The notes beneath the pieces were generated by a model. The model made no database searches and had not been told where the DNA came from. It saw only the letters and a program-made list of their open reading frames with translations. From contig NC_045704.1 of the NCBI RefSeq assembly GCF_009834535.1, positions 13,020,001 through 13,084,000 of the forward strand: a stretch of DNA of 64,000 bases. The letters are read 5' to 3'. The position numbers and the translations under genes are program-made. The stretch's first letter is position 1. Every line of letters begins with the position of its first letter. Shown piece by piece: positions 18,611 through 27,400 of the stretch. This stretch comes from Camelus ferus. Taxonomy: Eukaryota.

Positions 18611-19770
18611 TCCAGGGAGCCTAGCGACAGGCTTGGGATTTTAAAGGAACAGCAATAAAGGACAATATCTGGAGTGGGGAAGGGACTTAGGGGCTGGATC
18701 ATCAGTGGAGGGATGACCCAACCAAGCTATCTTCCCTGAGAAACCAGGTGACCCAGCTCTGCCCTCTCCTACACCCAAATCCAGGAATCCAGGTCTCTGG
18801 TAACCTCCCACTTCTAGACCCAGAAGTCAGGACCCATAGACTTTCCCCTCGATCCAGAAATCCGGGCCCTGTTCTCCTCCTCTCTGGGGAACTAGGAGTC
18901 CAGGTTCCCACATCCTGTCAACCAGAGACCCAGACTCCCCGACCTTTGCCTAACAGTCCATTGTATAGAGAGCACCCTCTTAAGAGCCAGTGTTAGGAGC
19001 CTGAGAAGGGCTTGAACACATCCTTAGGGTAGTCAGGATCATTGTCTGTCTCTTCGCCCTCTTGGAGGCATGACTAAGACTTTCCTGATTTTACTTGTCA
19101 CTATACCTGCCTCCACACCTCCTACCACACGTACATTGTGCCTTCTCTTGCCGCGCTCTCCAATCCCCTCACTCTTTCTGCTTCTCTCCCTGCCTGGATT
19201 TATCTCTGGACAACTCTGTCCAGGATGGCTGTGCTTCTAGCTCCTTCTGTCATTTTGAGAAAGCGCTTTTCCTCATCCTCCATCTCTAGCTTGCTCTCGT
19301 GGTCCCTTTCCCTCTCTTTTCTCTCTTCTTTTCTCTTCCTTTCTTCCTCTGTTGCTCTGTTTCTCCTCTCTTTCCTTTTCTCTGTCATTCTGTCTTTGTC
19401 CTTCCCTCTCATGGTTACTTCTCTTTGTGTCTCTGCTTCTCCCCATCAGTCCCTCCTCTGTTGCTTCCCCTGTCTCTGTTCTGTGTCTCTGGCTTCTGCT
19501 CTGATGGTCCTTCCGCTGATTTCTATTTTTATCCCTCTGACACCCCCCCCTGTGTCCACTTCTCTGTCTGTCTGTCTCTCCCCCTCCCGATTCTCCTCAG
19601 GTCTCAGCTCCTGGTCCCAATTAGTGGGTGGCCGCCAAGGCGGTCGCGGGGCCCCCACCCCCGGCTTCTCATTACCGCTGGCGGCTCCTAATGAGCTGGG
19701 GTGGGTGCTGACCCGGCGCCCCTGGCCCCCTGGTCTGCGTCATTGTCCGCTGCGGGGGCTGTGGAGGCGA

Positions 19771-19775
19771 TATAA
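19771..19775 (+). promoter_or_regulatory. PTH2 TATA box
   Basis: GATATAAGGGG about 30 nt upstream of a short 5'UTR exon (donor gtaggg at 19813, acceptor ccacag at 19915-19916). A CRE-like TGCGTCA lies at 19736-19742. Confidence 0.65.
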
Positions 19776-19919
19776 GGGGGCTGCCAGCCTCGGTGCTTGA
19801 GCCCACTGCGCGGTAGGGGACCCATCAAACGGGCTGCGGAGGGTGGTTGGGTGGTGGGGTCCGGGGTTCTGGGCCAGGATACGGGCCTCAGTGAGCTCTT
19901 CCCTGTCTCTCCACAGGTG

Positions 19920-19952
19920 ATGGAGACCCGCCAGGTACCCAGGAGCCCCCGG

Positions 19953-19990
<38 letters not shown>

Positions 19991-20050
19991 TGTGCCCTGG
20001 GGCCACCGCACTGCCTCAGGAGTCGCCCTGCCGCCCGCGGGGGTCTTCAG
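19920..20050 (+). CDS. PTH2: PTH2 first coding exon
   Basis: ATG to GVF ag|gtactg. Confidence 0.95.
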
Positions 20051-20707
20051 GTACTGGCGACGTCCAGGTCTCCCAGGATGGTTGGGGACTCAAAGAGATG
20101 GAAAGAGACCCAAAGAGAGTGGGGAACAGAGACTCAGAAAGGGGGACAGAGACCCAGAGAGAGGACAGAGATGGGAGGTGGACAGGGAATATGCAAGAGT
20201 AAGAGATACAGAGAGATTCTGAGAAAGGCTTTGGAGAGACTTGAAAGGAGTCAAAGCAGGAACGGATTTGTTCCTTGAGCAACGTTTATTGGGTCTATAG
20301 GGCCAGGCATGAGCTGGGCCCTGGGGCCAGACAAGGGTGTCAGCCTGGGTCTCTGTACTCAGAAAGCTCTGAACCTGGTGACCGCAGACACCCACACAGA
20401 GAAAGAGAGAAACAAGGAGACAGAGACCGAGCCACTAGAACAGGTCTTCCAGTTGGACCGCAGGGAGGACAGGCGGGGCGGCGGACGGGGGGCCCGGACA
20501 GGCGGTAATCGCTCCTCTCCCTCTCCCGGCAGACTCCGCACCCTGCGCCGGGCTTGCATGGATCCGACCGCCCCGCAGTCGCGGCGGAGCCTGGCGCTGG
20601 CGGACGATGCGGCTTTTCGGGAGCGCGCGCGGCTGCTGGCCGCCCTTGAGCGCCGCCACTGGCTGAACTCTTACATGCACAAGCTGCTGGTGCTGGACGC
20701 TCGCTGA
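19920..20707 (+). CDS. PTH2: Parathyroid hormone 2 (TIP39) precursor, 101 aa: join(19920..20050,20533..20707)
   Basis: METRQVPRSPRVRLLLLLLLLLLLVPWG signal peptide. Mature peptide SLALADDAAFRERARLLAALERRHWLNSYMHKLLVLDAR (20588-20704) follows an RR cleavage site. Confidence 0.97.
20533..20707 (+). CDS. PTH2: PTH2 last exon (TIP39 peptide)
   Basis: cggcag|a LRTLRR...VLDAR TGA. Confidence 0.95.
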
Positions 20708-20728
20708 GCGCTCTGCCCGCCCCACCTT

Positions 20729-20734
20729 AATAAA
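20729..20734 (+). terminator. PTH2 polyadenylation signal
   Basis: AATAAA 21 nt after the stop codon. Confidence 0.8.
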
Positions 20735-21599
20735 GACCCTGCTGTGCGTCTGGACTGCGCCTCCTGTGTGTGTGCGTGAGGGCGCGCGCGCGTGTGTTGG
20801 GTGGGGGGAGAGGGGTGTTTCTGTTTAGGGGCGGGCCCTGCATCCGTTACGCTGGTGTCTAGCCCCTCAGTTCCCGCTGTTTTCTCATCTTTCCCTCCAC
20901 TCATATTCTCTGTCTCCCTATCTCCCTCTGCTCTGCACCACCGGTACCCTCGGCCCAGCTCTTTCCTTTCCTCTCACTCTGTGCCTCTGTCCCTCTCCCC
21001 CAGCGTACCTGTTCCTACCCCACCCCGGCGTCTCTGTCCTCTCTGGGATTCTATCTCCTTCTTCTCTTGTTCTCTGTAAACTCTCAGGTCTCTGTTCCCC
21101 TCTGAGTCACTGCTCCCTTCTCTGGGTCTCTGTTGCTCTCTGGGTACCTGTCCTCTCTGAGTCTCTACACTTACCTTTCAACCTCCTGGTTTCCCGGCCC
21201 TCTGGGGATCTCTGTCTCCTCTCTCTACTCTTTTCTCCTCAAAACTCTTGCTTCCATTTTTAATCACTTTCTTTTTTCTCTGCCTGACTACTTAGTATCT
21301 TCCTTTTCTTTATTCCTCTAGGTCTCGGTCTCTTTCTCCCAGCTCTCATTTTCTCTGAATTTTGCTTTTTCTACTCTCATTTCCTGACTTCTCTCTGGGC
21401 ACAGTGGAAATACCGGGGGGCTCTGGAGATGCATCTGCCACTCAAGACCAGGCTTCCCTAAATCTAGCTGTGTGATATTGGCTTCTAATCTTCGAGCCTC
21501 CTTTTCCTCATTTGAGAAATAACCAGATACACTATGAGACTTAAGTACAGAGCCTGTCACGAAGCAAAATGCACTATTAGAAAAAGGTTTCCGCCTCTC

Positions 21600-22050
21600 T
21601 CGTAGCAGCCTCCAGCAGTTTCTTCAGGGTTTTCTAACGGCGCCGTTCCCGGGAGACCAACGGGGCGCCAGGTCTGGGCGGGAGGAGAGGCGAGAGGGGC
21701 AAGCATCAGGCGGAAGGACCGGGCGGAGACAGCGAAACACCTGGGCCACCCGTGAAGGAAGCGAGGAAGCACCCAATCAGAATCTACCTCTCTCGAAGCT
21801 CTGCCAGCCCTTCAGCCCCGCCTCTCAGTGGCGACCATGGCAACCCACTCCCAGCCGGACGCTGAGGGTTCTGAACTGCGTTCCCAGGGCGCAGCTCGTG
21901 CGGACCACGCTCTGGTTGGTCTAGAGAAGAGGCTGGGCGCGTCGGTGTAGGGAAAGGGGGCGGGGTTGAGGCCTGGTGATTGGCAAGCTCTCCCATAATT
22001 TGCATTTCCAAGAGGCGGACCGCGTCCTAATTGGCCCTTAGGCTGTGGAG
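21600..22050. promoter_or_regulatory. Orphan CpG-rich promoter/enhancer-like island
   Basis: Dense CpG, CCAAT at 21773, ATTGG at 21979, GC boxes, X-box-like CCATGGCAAC, octamer ATTTGCAT at 21998-22005. Confidence 0.5.
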
Positions 22051-22479
22051 TGGGGCCTGTTTCCCTGTTACTCAGATACACCGAACAATGAGTAACTGTA
22101 CTCCTCACGACCAACTAGAGTTGGACAAATTTTACAAATAAACAAGACTGAAAGTCAGGAGTAATGTCCCCAAGTTAGTTAGCGCTAGTAAAGGACAGAG
22201 GATAATTGGAACCCAAATCTGTGCAACTTTAGAAGAGCAGACCATTCGACGACTCTCATGGAGAAATAGAACTAAAATGTTATGAGCAGTTACTATATGC
22301 CGGGCACCCTCCCAAATACTATTGTATTGGCTCTTTCAACCCTGAGGGGAGTCTCATCCTGTTTGCTGAACGGCCTGTGCTTTCTGTACTTCCTCCCTAG
22401 ATCTCTTGCCTAGCATTTGAGGCTTTTCACAAAATGATGCCCAGAACCCCTTCCCTTCTCACTCTACTCCCCTCCTCAG

Positions 22480-23330
22480 AAAACTTCAGCAATCACCAGT
22501 TTCCACCACCATCACAGCTAATAACACCCAGACCCCCATCTCCAGACTGAGAGCACAAGGCTCAGTACTCCAGCCACTTCTTGGAACCCTGACACTCACT
22601 CCATCTCACATGAGTTCAGAGTGTTCCCTAAAACCCACTCCTTCTCATGGGTTCCCCATGTTGGGAATGGCTCCACTGTCTACCAGTCACCGAGTCAGAT
22701 GCAGGTGCTGTCCTTTCCCCTTCCTTCTTCTACCTCCTTCATAGCCTGTCAGTCCCTGGCTCTGCCTTCCTGCTCTGCCCACTTCTGCCTTTCTCTTCTT
22801 TCCATCCATGCACCCAAACCAAATCAGGCCTCATGCTCTCCCATCTGGACCACAGCCCCAGCTTTCTCCTCACCTCCTGCCTCCAGCCTCATTCCATTAT
22901 CCATCCCCTATACAGGTTCAGAAGGTCTCTTTCGCACCCAGAGGTGATTTTACCCCTTCCCTGCTCACAGTCCTTTCCTAAGCACTTGGCAGTAGAGTTC
23001 AAGCTGGTGTTCAAAACTCTTAATGGGCTCTTGCCTACCCCTCTATCTTATTTCTCACGACTCCAAAGCCTCAAGTCCTTCCCTGGCTTCATTTTTTTTA
23101 AAATCCCAGCAACATGGTGCTCGTGCTCCCCATGGCTCTCTACATGCAGAGGCTCTTTTCCCTAACCTGGTTTTCACGTATACCTCTGTCTGTGACATCC
23201 TTCCCTGCCTCTACTCACTAAACCTTACTCATATTTCAAGACTAAATGCAGATGTCACTTATTTGGGAAGAAATCTAACGTCCCAGGCTGGTGCTTTTTC
23301 CGAGCTCCCACAGAGCTGGCAGCTACCTCT
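22480..23330 (+). mobile_element. L2 LINE fragments
   Basis: Pyrimidine-rich L2-like text such as ccctgctcacagtcctttcc...gagttcaagctgg and tcaagactaaatgcagatgtcactt. Confidence 0.5.
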
Positions 23331-23671
23331 ATGACTGTCTTTAAACAGGTGCAACTCTGTCCCTCTCTTGCTCAAAGCTCTCCCAAGGAAGTCTCTGCAG
23401 TGTTGAAACTCTTGTATATTTTAACCTGGGTTTTGGTTTCATGGGTGTTTACATGTGCAATAATTTATCCAGCTGATACTTAAGATTTGTCCATTTATCA
23501 CTGTATGTAAGTTACACCTCAATAACAAAGTAAATAACCAAAAACAAGTAATAAAACCTCCCCAAATTTCCACCATCCTTGGGAGAAAAATCAGTGCTCC
23601 TTGGCTTGGCATTGGAGGGTCTATTTTTCTGCAGATTTATCTTCTAAGGTCTAGCTGTGGCAAATAGATGA

Positions 23672-24095
23672 TCACTAAATTTGCTGGGTGAACAAATGGC
23701 ACACCACTGGTCCCTTTCCACACACACTGGTGTGTGTCTGGCCCTCATCTCTTTCCCTCTTTCTGCTGGGAGAGATGCTCAGTCTCTCAGCTGCCCTTGC
23801 AGCTAGTGGTGATTGTGTCAAACAGTTCTGGCCAACAAGACACAAACACAGGTCTGCTGCTGGCTCTGAGAAGGCTAGTGCTTGTCTTTATACTAAGGAG
23901 GGGACGTGTCCCCTTCTCCCTGAAGATATGACATATGAAGCTACAATACCTGTCATCTCCTGAGCACGAGGGAAGGGGCAACAGAATTACAGCACAGCTG
24001 TCCTCCTCCAGACTTGTTTTGTGAGGCAAATATAAACCCTGGTGCTTAATCCATTATTGGGTGAGTTTTGCTATTGTTAAGAAATGCAGTTGTCA
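23672..24095 (+). mobile_element. MLT1 (MaLR) LTR
   Basis: cagttctggccaacaagac, gctacaatacctgtcatctcctgagc and taaaccctggtgcttaatcc are typical of MLT1. Confidence 0.6.
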
Positions 24096-24287
24096 ACATC
24101 AAAAAACCAAGAGACTTCTCATGAAAACCCAATACAGGGGTGTGGATCCTGGAGCACGATCTGGGGTCCCCATGGTGGGGTAATCCCAAGTCACAGTGTC
24201 ACAACCATGGGAATAACAGTAAAGAAAAAAAAAAACCCAAGGAATTCATTGAACTAGATGCTGCTCTGAGGTAATGGGGAGCATGGC

Positions 24288-24435
24288 TCACACTGGAGGG
24301 GGCTGGAGGTAGCAGAGCTGGAGGTGGGGCCAGGTAGGGGGTGGGGACTGGCCCAGCAGCAGGATGGAGAGCAGCAGCAGCAGCAGCAGCAGCCCCAGGA
24401 CTGGCACAGGGATCAGTGGGTGCCTGGAGACCCTT
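24288..24435 (-). CDS. KASH5: KASH5 last exon (TM + KASH peptide)
   Basis: cccag|a RVSRHPLIP...QPPPV TGA; alternative acceptor would start at 24432. Confidence 0.92.
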
Positions 24436-27400
24436 CTGGGAGGCAGAACAGTGCTTGGGGGAGCCCAGGAGAGCCCATGGTGTCCCAGCACTGGGCAACG
24501 TCCTGATGTCTGACCACCACCCTCCTTCTGGAGATACCTTGGGGTGAACCTGAGCTGCTGGGGGTGCAGGGGCTGCAGGCAGAGCTGGCTCCAGACCGGC
24601 CTCCTGTCTGGGACCAGCTCCTTCACCACTGGCACCAGGGCTTGCTGCAGATCTGGCTCTGAAGGGCAGCTGATGGGGAGAAAGGAAGGCAGGATGATCG
24701 TGCTGGACTTCTTCTCTGCCCCAAGTCCCCTCCCAGGTCCTTGGGTCCCGTTACCTCGCAGGAGGGCTTCCTGGAATGTCTCCAGGTTGTGAGTCTCCCA
24801 GAGGGATGGGGAGATCCATCTGAAAGGACAAAGGAGACAAACCTGAGACTCTGGATCCTGGACTGGAAGAGGTGCTCAGCCCACTGGACAGAAATAACCA
24901 CATGGAAGAGTGTGGAACACAGTGACTCAGTGTGTGAGCTTCACCAAGACACACCGCTGCATTGCGGTCCCAGCTCTTCCAGCTTCCTGCTGTGTGTCCC
25001 TTGGCAGGTCACCTGACCTCTCCAGGCCCCATCTGCCCCATCTGCCAGACAGAGGTGATGACAGCACCTACTTCACAGGGCTGAAGTGGAGAATGAATGA
25101 ATGAATGCAGGCAAAAATAAAAAAACCAGGAGATGGGCTCAGAACTGTGCCTAGCAAACAGTGAGTCCTCAATAACTATGTGAGCTACTCTATATTATTA
25201 TTGCCATTTTCTGCCTGATTATGGAAGTATCCAAGCCTCCTGAGGGCAGAGACCCCATCTTCTTCAGGTGCCCAGCCCTGGGCTGGGCCTAGTTCCGCGT
25301 GGACACTCCTTGGGTCCACTTTCCTGCCCTGCACCAGGTCCAGCAGACACTTTAAGATTAAAGCTCCAAATATTCCTCCAGGGGCCAGGCCCAACTCACT
25401 TCACCACCTCATCCCCCGTGTCTTTCTGAAAGGGCTCCCCTCTGTAGGTCTCAGGCTTTCCCACCACGCCTTTGCTCTGTGGATGACGACGACGATGGGA
25501 GTAACAGCACAATAATAAATAAAGAGCTCCAGGAACCGCAGTCCCAGTCACTGTCTTTACCACTGTTACCTACTGCAAGTCTGCTCTGTGCCAGGCCCTT
25601 TACCATGTGATCCTTAACCCTCATCCCCACCCATGCTGAGAGCTGGGTAAAGATCATCGTTACACCAGCCCTGAGGAAACTGAAGTGGGGCCCCCGTCTC
25701 CATGGAAGGGAGCACGGCGTGGCCATCTTGGATGGTTTGGACCCCGACGGGTCCCAGGTGCCTGGAATGGAGGCTGGCGCACCTTTGGGTTCTCACTTCC
25801 CTATCTGTGGACTGCGGGCTTCTGACTTCACCAAATTTCCTTCCTTCCCTCTTCCCTTGCCTGAGAATCGGAATTGTCACCTGCCGCTTTGAGGAGCAAA
25901 GGAGCCAAGGTGTGTGGTGCTGGGCGGGCAGCTGTGACAGGTGCGGCGCCCCAAGGGAGTTCCGGGGTTGGCCAGGGCGGATCTGGCCCTTCTCGTGTGT
26001 GGGCGCATATGCGTGAGCATGTTCGCAATCCGGGGGTGTGGCCTCATCTGCGAGGCCTGTGGAGTAGCGGCTGCAGCCCTGCATCGTGCTTGCTTGGGGA
26101 GGGGGGGTCCCCGGGGAACATTCTGGCCACCCACTGGCCTGCAGCCTCCCTCTACAGCACTGTCTGCTCTCATTAGCTACAGCGAGGGCTTTGTTATTTC
26201 TTGGCCAAACGATTTTTCTGTCTGCTTGGGTGGAGTGGGGGTGTGGGCAGGGGCTGGGGAGGAGCTGTGACTACAGCAGCCTCACTGGAGGGCCTGGAGT
26301 GGATGGTGCTGGGAAAGCTTACCCTGACCCAGATCTCCACCTCCTCCTCTTCATCTCTTCTGGGCAACCTGGGGCGACAAGAAAGTCACTGCAAGCATCT
26401 GTCTCCCCTGCCAGGCTCCCATTCGCCCCTCTAAAGCAGGGGTCTTATCTCAGAGGGGCACTATGGATGGACCTGGAGGCTGTTTGGGAGCAAACTCTTG
26501 CCTGTTGGTCAGTGCCTGTATTTTTCAGGGGAATTTTCACCAAATTCTCCAAAGAGTCTGTGACCCCTAAAGGGTCAGGGGACTCTTCACCTCACTGGCT
26601 TTCTCAGCTGCTACTTTAGCAGCTGAGCCTCCAGTGGGAGCTAAGGCTTCTGGTTCTCACTGCCCCAAACATCGGAGACTCAGACCTCTCCGAGACCCCA
26701 GGGCACAAGTACACCTCACCCCCTGCACCGTCTTCCTGCCTGGTGGGTGGGCCACTTTCAGTGAGTCTGTCTTACTGGGTTTTCTCTGAGGACTGAAACT
26801 CCAGCTCAGACTTCCTGACTCCAGAATACAACTGTGAGCCCCACCCCTTCCCAAATAATTCCTCTTAGAAGTGCAAGCCCCAGCCTCTGAGCCTCCTATG
26901 GCCTCTTTGGGGTCTCAGACCTCAAGCTGCTCAGCTTCAACATCACTTGGAGACCCAGACATTCACATCTGCCACCACCTTCACCGGGGACCAGGGATCC
27001 AGCCCTCCAGCTTTGGCCACCGGCTTTAGATCCAGCACCCTCAGGATACAGTTGTTTCCTCAACTCTCAACCAACAAGGCATCCAGGCTTGTAGGCCCCT
27101 GGTTTCTGCCCGAGTCAGACACGCAGCTATCTGATCCCCTGAGACTTCTACTCCAGGACCCGGGAGGCTTGTCCCCCAGCCCCTCTCAAGGTCTAAGCCC
27201 TCACCCCTGGTCACCTCTAGGGACCACAAGATTCACTACTTCCCTCACTCTCAGCTTCGCAATCTGTGGATCATTCTGCCCTTGCCCTCCTTCCCCCACC
27301 GGAAACTCAGATGTCCAGCCCCCACACTAGTCCCAGTCCCCGCTGCAGTTCAGCCCCGTCTTCCTTCCATTCCCTGGTGACGCAGGAGGAGGTCACAGCT

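Noticed and set aside
19693-19711. RE1-like GAGCTGgggtgGGTGCTGA in the PTH2 promoter
   Set aside because: Mismatches at the critical TCC positions.
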